Origin: Vicugna vicugna
Taxonomy: Eukaryota
Assembly (NCBI GenBank): GCA_013265495.1
Contig: MU057809.1
Span: forward strand, 1,231,062 to 1,295,061
Length of the DNA stretch: 64,000 nt
Reading direction: 5' to 3'
Shown: in pieces, positions 26,266-37,645 of the stretch
Layout: every line of letters starts with the position of its first letter
Position numbering within the stretch: position 1 is the first letter of the stretch
The notes under the pieces: model-generated
The model's database searches: none
Told to the model about the DNA's origin: nothing
Seen by the model: only the letters and a program-made list of their open reading frames with translations
Made by a program: the position numbers and the translations under genes

Positions 26266-28825
26266 ACGTTGTTGTTTTAACCTTTTATTTTGAAATATTT
26301 ATAGAGTGAGAGGAAGGTGCAAAGGTAGTACACAGAGAGGTCCTGTGTTTCCTCAATGGTTGTGTCTTATAAATAATTACAGTTCAGCATCAGAACCTGG
26401 AGATCGACTTCGGTATAATGTGCGTGTACAGCTGTGTTATGTTACCACGTGTGCAGACGCGTGTAAACACCAGCACAGCTGCTCTGTCACCACAGAGATG
26501 CCCCACGGCTGCCGCTTTACGGCCACACCCAACCGAGCATCCTTCACCCCTGCCAGCCACAAATCTGTCTTCCATCTCTGCAGTGTTGCCGCTTCAAGAA
26601 TGTCATATAAATGGAATCAGACACCATGTGGCCTTTTGAGATTGGTGTTCCTCGCTGAGCGTAGGGTCCTCAGGCCCAGACACGTCCTCGCACAACCGCT
26701 GTCCCTTCTTCCTGCTGAGCCATCCCGCACGGTATGCTGACCGCCGTCTGCTCAGCTGTCCTGACAGGTGGTGGTGGGGCCTCCCCTTGGTCTCCTGCTG
26801 CACTCTGCTGACAGCTCGTGACGCTGCACGCCTGTCGTGTGCATGTCTGCCGTCCGCGTATCCCCTCCGCTGAAACGCCTCGTCGTGTCTTTTGCCCGTT
26901 TTCTGGCTGGGACTTTTCTGATGTTGAGTTTGAGGGTCCCTGCCTGCTCTAGGCGCAAGCCCTTTGTCAGACACGTGGTTCGCAAACGCCTCCTCCCACT
27001 CTGCGGTCTGTCCTCCCCTCCTCCAAGGGGGTCTTCTACAGAACAGAAGTGTTTTATTTTGATGGGGCTCAACTGATTTTTCTTTCTGTTAAAGACCATG
27101 ACTTTGGTGTCAGGTCTAAGAACTCTTCACCAAGCCCTGGGTCCTGAAGATTTTCCCCTAGGCTATCTTCTCACACTTTGATATTTTATACTTAAATCCG
27201 TGATTGATTTTGAGTTGAGTTTTAAAAATAAGGTGTGAGGTTTAGATTGGTTGCTTTTTCGCCTGTGGATAGTCAGCTGTTCCAGCATCGCCGACTGAAA
27301 AGCAATCTTTCCTTCGCTGAACTGCCTTCGCACTTTTGTCAAAAGTCAGCTGGCTGTACGCACGCAGGGCTATTCCTGAGTTCTCTGTCCTGCTCCATCC
27401 GCCAGGTGCCCACCTCCCACCAGCCCCACAGAGCACTGATCGCTGTCGGTATCTAACGAGGCTTGAAACTGGGCAGAGTAACTTCTGACTTTATTTTTCT
27501 TCACGATTGTTTCAGCTGTGTGAGCTCCTCTGTCTTTCCACGTACGTTTTAGCATAGTCTTGTCTATCTCTGCAAAAAAACATTGCTGGAATTTTTATAG
27601 GAGTTGCATTAAATCTGTTTATCAATTTCAGGCGAAAGGACACCTTTACCATGCTGAGCCTTCTAATCCACGAACAAGGGATGTCTGGCCATTATTTAAA
27701 TCTTTGATTTCTCTCTTTGACTGTCTGTAGTTTGCAGCATAAAAGTCCCGAACTTGTTTTGTTAGATTTGCACCTAGTTTTTGTTTTTTTTTGGAGTGAT
27801 TACTAATGGTATTGTATTTTTAACAAAAATAAAATAATACAACAAATACAGATACAACAATACCACAAAAAAAATAAATGTTTGTTTCTTTGAAATGGCT
27901 TTGTTGAGGTAAAATGAACATAACAAAATTTACCCATTGTTAAGTGATTTCTAGTAAATTTACACTGTTGTGCAACCATCACCACAGTCTAATTTTAGAA
28001 CATTTCCATCCTGTCAAAAGTTCCCTCAAGCCCACTTAGCCCGTCCCAACTTCCACCCGAGCTCCAGGAAACCACTGACCTAGTTTCTGTCCCTGTAAAG
28101 CTGCTTTTTCTGAACGTTCACATGGATGGAACCCTGCAATGTGTAGCCCTCTGTGTCCGGCTTCACTTAGCATCATGTTTTTGAGATTCCTTCACCTTGT
28201 CGCAGGTATCAGACCCCATTCTTATGCTGCTGAATAGTATTCCATTGTCTGGATGGACCCCATCTTGTTTATCCATTCATTATCCAGTTGATGGCCATTT
28301 AGCTTGTTTCCAGTAGAGGCTGTAACGGAGATTCTGCTACGAACATTCACGTACATCTGCGTGTGTGGACATGTTTTAATTTCTCTTGGATAGATTCCTG
28401 AGGGTTGAAATGCTGGGTCACATGGAAGTTTATGGTTAACTTTTTTAAGAAACTGCCAGACCGTTTTACAAAGTGGCTGCACCATTTTCCATTCTCAGCA
28501 GCAATGCATGAGGGCTCCAATTTCCCCACATCCTCACCTATAATTATTATTGTCTTGGATACTGCAGTCCTGGTAGGTGGGAAGTAGTATCTCATTGTGG
28601 CTTTAATTTGCATTTCCCTAAGGACCAGTGATGTGGAGCATCTTTTTCTGTGCCTATTACCAGCTTATGTATCTTCTTTGATAAACTATTCAGGCCTTTT
28701 GCCCATTTTGAAAGTAAGTTATCTTCTTATTGAATTGTGTTTGTTATATATTCTGGATAAGAGTCCTTTATCAAATCTATCCTCTGCAAATATTTTTTTA
28801 CCAGTCTATGGCTGTCTTCTCATTT

Positions 28826-28938
28826 CCTTTAATTTTCTTTTTTTGATAGAGGGACTGGGGATTGAACCCAGGACCTCACGCATGCTAAGCACGCGCTCTG
28901 TCCCTGAGCTGCACCCTCCCTCTCCACCCCCACCCCTC
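28826..28938 (-). mobile_element. tRNA-Ala(AGC)-derived SINE (vic-1-like)
   Basis: Reverse strand gggtgcagctcagggacagagcgcgtgcttagcatgcgtgaggtcctgggttcaatcccc plus an A-rich tail; TSD tcttctcat at 28815-28823 and 28939-28947. Confidence 0.85.
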
Positions 28939-29199
28939 TCTTCTCATCTTCTTAAGGGTGTCTTTTGAAGAGCAGTTTTTATTCATGATGAAGTCTGACT
29001 TATCCATTTTTCTGTTATGGATTGTACTTCTGGTGTCATAACTAACTCAAGATCACAGAGATTTTCTCCTCTGTCTTCTTACAGAAGTTTGATAGTTTTA
29101 GCTGTTACATGGAGTTCTCTGCTGCATTTTGAGTTAATTTTTGTAGAGGATGTGAGGTTTGTTTGTTTTTTGCAAAATCCAATTGTCCCAGCACCATTT

Positions 29200-29686
29200 T
29201 TTGTTTGTTTGTTTTTTAAAATTATATAAATGTTTAATTTGCTACGGAAGAAGATGTCATAAACAAAGTCAGTAAACAAATAAAAGACCAGGAAACCTAT
29301 TTGCAAGATACAATCCAATAAAATTTTAGCATAACTAACTGTGTTAGTTATCTAATTCTTCAAAATAAATAACCCCCAAACTTAGCAGCTGAAAACATGT
29401 TTATGACTCACAGTTTCTGTGGGTCAGGAATCTGGGCACCAACTAACTGGGTCCTCTGCTTTCAGGTCCCTCACAGCTGCAGTGAGATGTCAGCCAGGCT
29501 GCAGTCTCACCTGAAGGCTTGAATGGGGAAGAGTCCGCCACGTGGATGTTTGCAGGATTCATTTCCTTGAGGAACGTTGGAATAAGGGCCTGCGTTTCCC
29601 ACGGGCTGTTGGATGGAGGCCACCGCAGCTCCATGCCAGGTGTCCTCTTCCTCAGAGCGAGAATACAGGATTCTCTCTATGGCTCT
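29200..29686 (-). mobile_element. Retroposed polyadenylated fragment containing part of an MLT1-like LTR (~29340-29660)
   Basis: 14-bp TSD tcccagcaccattt at 29186-29199 and 29687-29700; T-rich tail at the left end; ATTAAA on the minus strand at 29233-29238. Confidence 0.75.
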
Positions 29687-30794
29687 TCCCAGCACCATTT
29701 GTTGAAGAGACTTCTCCGCTGAATTGTCTTTGTACTTTCACTGGAAATCACTTGACCATGATAAACACAGTGCTGACTTCTGAGTTCTCGGTCCGCCCGG
29801 CTGCACTCCATCCCCGTGTGCTGCAGTCTTGATCACGTGGCTTGATGGTAGGGTTTGAAATCGGCTAGTGTCGGTCTTCCCGCTTTGTTCTTCTCTTTCA
29901 AAGTTGCTTCAGCTGTTCTGGATCCTTTGAAGCTCCATATGAACTCGGGACCAGCTTGTCAATGTTCACCCCAGAGAGCCGACCGGGATTTTGATAGAGG
30001 TCGTGTTGAATACACAGGCCAGTCTGGGGGGACAGGAGTGTGGACTGTCCCTCCATTTACTTAAACCGTCTTTAATTCGTCTCAGCAGTGTTTTGTCTTT
30101 TCACTACACAAGCCTCGCGCTGCTTTCGTTGGCATTTGTTCCCACGCGTTTAGTTTTTCCTCACGCGGTTGTGAAAGGAATTGCTTTCTCAATTTCACTT
30201 TCAGAGAGCTCGCTGCTAGCACGTGGAAACACGGCTGCTTTTTGTGTACTGATCTGAAACCCTGCTGCCTTGTACTCGTTCCAAGAGCTTCGGGGGAGAT
30301 TCCTGAGGCTTTTACACGCGCAGGACCGCGTCCTCCGTGCATGACGGTTGCGCTTCTTCCTCTGCAGTCCGGGTGACTTTCATTTCTGTCGTCTCGCTTT
30401 ATCTTTGCCTTGTTCCACGGCCAGAGCCTTCGGTATGCTGGAGACATCCTTCTTTTGTTCTCAGTGTTAGAGGGAAAATGCAGTCTTTCATCATTCAGTG
30501 CGACGTTACCGGTCGCTTTTCACAGATGCCTCTATCAGTTTGAGGAAATTCCCTTGTTTCCAGTCTGTTGTGGGTTTTCATCATGACGGGGCGTCAGCCT
30601 CTGCCAGATGCTTTTCCTGCATCTTCCTGCATCTGCTGAGGTGATATGACCGTGTGGTTTCTGTCTTTTATTCTGTTACTGTGGCTTATTACACTAGTTA
30701 TTACATTAACTGATTTGTGAATGTGAGGCCAGCTTTGCATGCCTGGAGTAGGTCCCGCTTGGTCGTGGTGTGTGATCCTTTTCACGCGTCCCTG

Positions 30795-31416
30795 TGTGTG
30801 AGGCGGGGAGCCCCATGAAAAGACCGGCAAGACCCCTAGGCAGGGCCGCTGCTCTCCTCCCAGCACCGTCCGGTTCCCTGGCCCAGAGTCTCTATCTCAC
30901 TTTCTGCCTCTAAAGTGGCTAACTTACACCTCAAATTCTATTGGTTCCCTGAGCTCATTTCCGATTGGTTATTCCCTCCACTCCTGATTGAGTATTACTC
31001 TCACTTCTGATTGGTTATTTCCTTCACCTCTGATTGGTTATTATTCTCATTTCTGATTGGTCCACTTCCCTAACTTCTGATTGGTCCATTTGTAGTACTT
31101 CATTTGCATGGAGCTCACTCCTGATTGGTTATTTTTCTCACTCTTGATTGGTCTATTTCTACAAAGCTTGTTCTTGGTTGGTCAACTTCTGTTGTACTTC
31201 ATTTGCATATGATGTTGCAAAGTGTAAAACTGGCAGCCTATAAAGGCTTGTGTAAACCTACAAATTGGGTCCAGACTTTGAAGTGTTAAGCGTTCTAGGC
31301 CTGCTGCTATAATAAATCTGAGTTTTCTGTTTCCGAGTGCTGCTGGGTCCCTCGTCTGGATCCTGGTTGTTGTCACAAGTGAGCTGTAACCCCGAGCTAT
31401 AACGCATTTTTCAACA
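30795..31416 (+). mobile_element. ERV solo LTR (~620 bp) inserted in the L1
   Basis: TG...CA ends; CCAAT array; TATAAA at 31239-31244; AATAAA at 31311-31316; L1 text resumes on both sides; no clear TSD. Confidence 0.75.
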
Positions 31417-32939
31417 GCATTTCCAGTTTGTAATATTTTGTTAAGGATTTTTGCTTCTGTGTCCATGAGGATACTGGTCGTAGTTTTCTTGTGCTGTCTT
31501 TGGCTTTGGTGGAGGGCACTGCTGCCCTCAAAGAATGAGCGGGGAAATGTTCCCGCCTCCTTTATATTGTGAAAGACTCTGTTATTATTTTTTTCTTTAA
31601 ATATTTGGCGGAGCTTATCGGTGAGAACACCTGGAGTGGACGTTTGTTTGTGGGAAGATTCCGTGTTGCTAGTTCAGTCTCCATGCCACAGGTCTCTTCC
31701 AATTTTCCATTTCTTCTCAAGTCAGTTTTTGCGTTTTGACTCTTTGTGGGAACGTGCCCGTGTCACCTAAGCTGCTGGCTTGGCTAACGGAAGCTGCCAT
31801 AATGCTCGCTGACAGGCCAGTTTCTGCAGGCTTGGTGACGTTCCCTCTTGCCTTCCTGAATTTGACCATTTGTATCTTCTCTCCTTTTTTTTCGGTCAGT
31901 CTAGCTGAAGTTTTTTTTGTTTGTTCTTGATGTTTTAAAGGAACCAACTTTTGTTTTTATTGATTTTCTCTCTTTTTCGGCGTTCTATCAGTGATTTCTG
32001 CATTAGTCTTTATTGTTTCTTCTCTTATGTTTGCTTTGGGTTTAATTTACTCTTACCTTTCTAGTTTTTCAGGTGGAAACTTAACGTTACTGCTCTGAGA
32101 CTTTTCTGACCCAGGTGTTCAGAGCTGTAATTTCCCTCCAGGCGCTGCTGGAGGGGCAATACTTGATGTGCTGTGTTTTCGTTTTCGTTTGGTTGAAAAT
32201 ACTCTGTTTTCTCTTGTGATGTCTTCTTTGACTCATCTTTTCTTGAAACACGTTATTTTCCACATACGTGAGGATTTCCCACATTGTTTTCGGCTGTTGG
32301 TTTGTAATGTCATCCCGCTCTGGTGGGGAACATGCTTCGTATGGCCTCAGGCCTCCTGAGTATGCTGAGGCGTGTTTGCAGCTGCGCCCGGGAGCACGCG
32401 TGTCTGCCCTGGCTGGGGGAGCGCCCGCACGGGCGGGCTGGCCGGCGGCAGTGGCCTTCAAGTTTCCTCTGTCCTTGCTGCTCTTCTGACGCTCGTCAAT
32501 TTCCTAGCGGTCATCGAGTAGAAGTGTTGAAATCTCCAACTGCGTTGTTACATCCTTTCCTTTCCATTCTGTCGGCTTCTGCTTCGCGTATTTCGAGGCT
32601 CTGTCGTTAGAGATGTGTGTGCTTGTAACTGCGATGTCATTGGGGAATGTGACTCCTCTTCACGGTTTTGTGTGGTGTTAATATGGCCACCCAGCTCTCT
32701 TACGGCTGGATGTTTATATGTGTGTCTTTTTCTGTCCATTTACTTTCATCTATTTGTGTCTTTGAATCCAAGGGTTAGACCAATTATGCTAATTAAGGTG
32801 ACTCTTGGGGGAATGCCCTGGATCTTGATCTAAAAAAAATTTTAATTCAGTCTGAAAATACTGCCTTTTGATGATGGTGTTTAGACCCAAATTCACATTT
32901 AATGTAATGACCTACATAATTAGTATCTATCTACCTAAT

Positions 32940-33698
32940 TGTCTGATTCTATGACACCAGTTGGGTTTCCTACAATTCAGTTTAATTCTGACAAGAACTA
33001 CCTGGAGTCGGCACAGACCCCGCAGGGGAGGAGGGCCCCATCCCACAAGGCTGCCCCCACTTCAGACGCCAGCTGCCAGTCCCGGGTCCCCAGGCCACCC
33101 ACACTTTCAGAGGCTCCCACGACCCCTGTCTCAGGTTCAGTAGTCCACGAGAAAGACTCACAGAACTCGAGAAAGCACTGTTCTTGTGTTGTTCACAGAG
33201 GGTACAGCTCGGAAGAGCCACATGGAAGAGATACACATGGCAAAATACACAAAGGGTGCGGTGGGGTGGGGTGGGGGCCGTGCAGAGCTTCACGCCTGCC
33301 TGGAGGCAGCTCCCCTCCTAGCGCAGCGATGTGTTAACCGGCCTGGAAGCTCCCACACCCTGCTGCCAGGGGTTCTGGGGAGGTTTCAGTACAGAGCACG
33401 GTGATTAAGTCGTTGGCTGTTAGTGACTGAACTTAAATCCGCGCCCTTCTCCCCTCCCTGGAAGCTGAAAGCTCCAGCCCTGTAATCGTGGGGTTGAGTC
33501 CTTGGGTATCCAGCCCCCATCCTGGAGATGTGCAGGCACTCCCCCAAGAGTCACCTTAATTAGCATAAACTCAGGTGTGGTCCCAAGGGGCTTGTTCTGA
33601 ATAAGCAGAAGCACTCGCAACACTGGGGAAACTCCAAGGGTTTTAGGAGCTCTGAGCCTGGAACCAGGGACCCACACCAAGTACACATTTTTATCACT
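32940..33698. mobile_element. MER21-like LTR
   Basis: tcctacaattcagtttaattctgaca...cccacaaggctgcccccacttcagacgccagc...agtcaccttaattagcataaactcaggtgtgg...ccaagggttttaggagct. Confidence 0.75.
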
Positions 33699-35964
33699 GC
33701 GATTAGGTTGACATTTTTAATTTTGCTGTTGACTTTCTGTGTGTCTCATGGCTTTTTTCTCCCTGAGTCCCTCCCTTGCTGACTTTTTTTATGTTGCATA
33801 TTCTCTGAGTGTACCGATTTAATTTCTCTGTAGATTAGTAAAATGATGGTTTTATTTATTTTCTTAGTGGTTTCTCTGGGGAATTACAGGTGCCTCTTAC
33901 CATCTCCTCAGTCACACCGACTGAATGCCACAAAACTCCCAGCTCCGGCTCCTCCCACTCTCCTGCGCTCTCATTTTCATGTGTGTTACATCTACAGCGG
34001 CGAAGTCACTTATAAACAAATAGATGTTGTGTTGTACTTACTCAGTTGTAAGTCATACGTCTTTCAGAGAAGGTGAGAAATCCTCACAATACGTTTATGT
34101 GGCCTCGTCTCTTGACTCGTATTTACCATCCCGGTGCTTCCCATTTATTTCTACGGGCCTGACTGACCGTCTTTTGTCTCTTCTTTCCACCCTGAAGGAC
34201 TTCTTTTAGTATTTATTGTGAGACAGGCCTGCTAGCAACACGTTCCCTTAGCCCTCTAAGGCCTGGCCGTGTGTTTATTTCGTCTTCATTTCTGGTAGTT
34301 TTGCTGGCTGCGGGAGCCGGGGTTGGCGTCTTTTCCTGTAGCCACTTTGAACGCGTCTTTTCCTGGGCCTCCCTTGGCCCTGAGCGGCAGTGAGCCGGCA
34401 TCCTGCTGTCGTCCCTGCATTTGCGAGAGTCGAGAGTCGTTTTACTGTTGCTGCCCTCGTGGTTTTCTCTGTGTGTGAGTTCCCCTTGTGGCGGCCAGGG
34501 GACAGCGGGTACAAGCGAGAGTCCTTGCGCCCTTTATCCCAGAGCCAAGTCCCAGCGGATAACGCCAAACCATCCTGGTTGGTCTGGGGGATGAAGAGGG
34601 GTCCAGCCAGAAGTCCCTCCAGGTACCTCCACCCTCTGAGACAGGATCACCTGCACCCCCAGACCGCAGCCCACGGGGGAGGGACACGGCTCCAAAGAGG
34701 AGTTGGTGTGTGTTCGGAAAGGGGCGTGTGAAACAGCACCCCTCCCCAGTGCGCGGGGAGGGGTTAAGGAAGGTGGCAGCACACAGGGAAGATCCGTGCC
34801 CGGGGACAGAGTTGGTGGAAGGACATGGAGGCAGAGGGGGCAGTGGGAGCCAACGATGGGGAGACTCCAGGGTATCCGAGCAGCACGTGCTTCTGTCTGC
34901 CGGGGAGCAGGAGCTCAGGAAGCTTTCAGTGCGGGCTTGGATGTATTCATGGTCTGAGTCACAGTAATACTGTCACTTTGCTGACGCTCCCTTGCAAAGG
35001 TTGGGCACCCCATTCATTGTCCGACTGACTCAGAGCCTCACCTCAAGGCTGCCCCGACCCCCCAGTGCACTTCTTCTCCAGCCTCAGTTTCCCCGTCTGC
35101 CAAAGCCAGGGCGCTGCTCGCCTTCCCAGGGCTGCTGAGAGGCTGGAGCGTGGGAAAGCACTTGGCCCCGGTGGCAGCCCTGGCTCCCCAGGGCTCACCG
35201 TGCTCTGATGCCCTAACAATGCCAGCCTCTGAGCAGAGCCATGGGTGGGCCGTAACCACGGCGAGGGCCCTGCCAGGCAGCAGCGCCAACTGCCCGTCCG
35301 GGGTCAGCCGAGCCTGTGGCCCTGGTTACAGCTTTGTCCCGCAGGCTGGAACTGGTCCCGGGCGAGCAGGCTCTGAATGGCCGGCTGTCGAATAGGGCAG
35401 TGCTTCCTGCAACGGAACGAAGCTCTTGGCTGGAGAGAGGCTGGGGTTGAGGTGAGGGCGGAGCTTTCTCCAGGGCCCTGAAGCCACAGCCAGGTTTGGG
35501 TCAGAGCATAACCAGGACACCGGGCTGCTGGCAGCACCTTCCTACAGGACCACAGGAACCTCTACTCCTTCCACGCCCCCACCCTCAGTGCTGCCCCATC
35601 CACAGGGCACAGGGCCTGGTGCTCCCGGAAGGAGGCGGCCCCTTCTCCAAATTCCGGGATGTTCCAGGCAGCTGGCCAGGGCACTCGGGTGGGCTCCTTC
35701 ACAGCCTGGCTGAGGCACAGCCACTGGCTCTGCCCACTTCCCACCCCGCCTGTCCCAGGGGCTCCCCTCTCAGGCTGGCAGGAACTGAGCCTGAGTCTGC
35801 GGCCTCTGCCAAGGCTCAGCTGTAGAGGTCAGAGTCTCCCCCGAAACTGTGTTTACAAAACCCATGTATGCAAACTCAATCTCACTTTAAAATAAGAGCA
35901 AGGAGAAAAGCAATAAAAGTAGCACTGATTATGTATTTATATTTTCCAACCACACCTGCTCAAA

Positions 35965-36155
35965 TATCTAGGAGACTCTGGAATCAGATTACTTGGGTTC
36001 AAATCCTAGTTCTACCAAGGACATGCTGTGTGACCTCAGGCGGATGTCTTCCCTTCTCTGTGTCTGAGATCCTTCGTCTATACAAATCAGCAAAGGGACC
36101 AACCTCATAGGGCTCTTGTGAAGATAAGTGAGGTCACCTCCAAGTGTTTAGAAAG
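35965..36155 (+). mobile_element. MIR SINE
   Basis: ctctggaatcaga..ttgggttcaaatcctagttctacc...tgtgtgacctcagg...acctcatagggctcttgtgaagataa. Confidence 0.75.
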
Positions 36156-37399
36156 GACATCTGCTCTGCTGAGCCCCTAGGGGCCTGGCCCCACACCCCA
36201 GCCTTCACAGTCCTTGTATTTTTCATGAGTGAGCCTCCCCTCAGCCTCCTTTAACCCCTGAAATCCTCACTAAGACCCCAAGTCGGGAGGGAGAGTGAGC
36301 AGAGAGGGAAGTGGGGGTGGGGTGGCCCAGACTCGGGAGGAGGGCTGCCCCTCCTCCAGGGAACAGGAGACAGCTGTCAGAGGTGCTACCCTCCCAAGCT
36401 GGGATGGGACCCTGCCCCACTGGAGGGACCTCAGAGGAGGTGGGGGGAGGGGGGAAAGGACTTTGGCGGGGGGTGGGGGGGTCTCTGGCCTGTCCCAGTT
36501 TACCCAGCCGTGGCTGTTCTTTCCCCTGTTTGGGGCCTCCTTAGCCCCCCACCCAGGTGCTCTGGACTGCTCTGCCACCCTAGGGGAGGGGGCCTGGGAT
36601 CCAGGCCCTGCTGGAGGGAGGGAGGTCTGGGGAGGGGACCCTCCTCCTATCTGCTCTCCCTACTCATGGGGACCTAAAATGTGGCGGGGGTGGGGCTGCA
36701 GCACAGTTAGGCCAGCAGGACCCCTGTTGGCAAAACTTGGGCACTGCCCCCCAGTGAAAAACATGGCCGCAACTCAGAGAGAAGGCTGTACCCACTTCCC
36801 TGTAGGCCCTGCCCTGCCCAGGCCTCTCCGGCTTGGACAAGCCGCACCTCCCAGGCCCCACGGGCCACTGGCCAGAGTGGATGGCCCCAGGGCCAGGCTC
36901 TTGCGCCAGGGCCACCTCAACCTCCCAGTGGCTGGGAAGACCCAGGGCTCAGGGCTCGGTGCCAGCTTGAGGCTGACGTGTGTGGGACGCCCTGCGGGGC
37001 AGGGCTGCTGCTCGGTGGGGCTGGGAGTGCAGGCTGTATCTTGGCCGGGACCCGCGCCTGCCTGGTTGGAGTGGAGGGCCACTCGGTGCTGAAAAGACAG
37101 CTCCAGCTGGCGAGGTGGGAGCCGGTCATCGTGGAGGGACACACCCCTTACTCCTGGGCGCAGTGCATGGTGACTGGGGGGTCAAGGGCTCCAGCCGGGT
37201 GGGAAGGGGAGCTGGGACAGGCAATCCGTCCGACCACAGCCCCTCACAGCTGTTAATGCCTTGCTCCACTGCCCACTCTCCACGTGCCAAGGGTCCTCTG
37301 CCCAGCAGCCCTGGGGCTTCCGCAGCTCCCAGACTTACAGGGGTGGGCGGTCACCCCATCTTGCAGAAGTGGAAACTGAGACTTCAAAAGAGAAGAGCC

Positions 37400-37645
37400 C
37401 CGAGCAATCAGTGAACGTTATTAAAGGATGTACGTGCTGCAGAACCCAGGGTGAAGCGCTGAGGTTCACCACCTATTTTGAAATGTGTCTGGATCCAGGA
37501 CAGATCGATATGTGAAGCAGCAACGGAGCAAAATGTTAATTGTTGAATCCAGGTAGTGGTATTTGGGTGTTCGCTGGAAATTATTTCAGCTTTTCCACGT
37601 GTTTGATGTTTTCCATAACAAAATGTTGGGGGAAATTAAAACGCA
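37400..37645 (+). mobile_element. L1ME-like 3' end
   Basis: gcaaaatgttaattgttgaatccaggtagtgg...ttttccataacaaaatgttggggg. Confidence 0.6.

Larger units (their letters stand above)
26270..34490 (-). mobile_element. Long degenerate antisense L1 composite with nested insertions (second L1 3' end from ~27890, SINE, retrocopy, two LTRs)
   Basis: Continuous L1 3'UTR-to-ORF2 antisense text; minus-strand ORF-track peptides resemble L1 ORF2 (MDTEAKILNKILQ, HHDQAGPTPGMQSW, MQIKATMRYYFPPTR). Confidence 0.8.

Noticed and set aside
28849..28920. Apparent tRNA-Ala(AGC) gene (also ~1130-1200)
   Set aside because: Degenerate D-loop and stems, an A-rich tail and TSDs identify these as SINE copies.
30935..31185. 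Regularly spaced short repeats reminiscent of a CRISPR array
   Set aside because: Eukaryotic context, no cas genes, and the intervening sequences are similar to one another rather than unique spacers. It is an LTR enhancer array.
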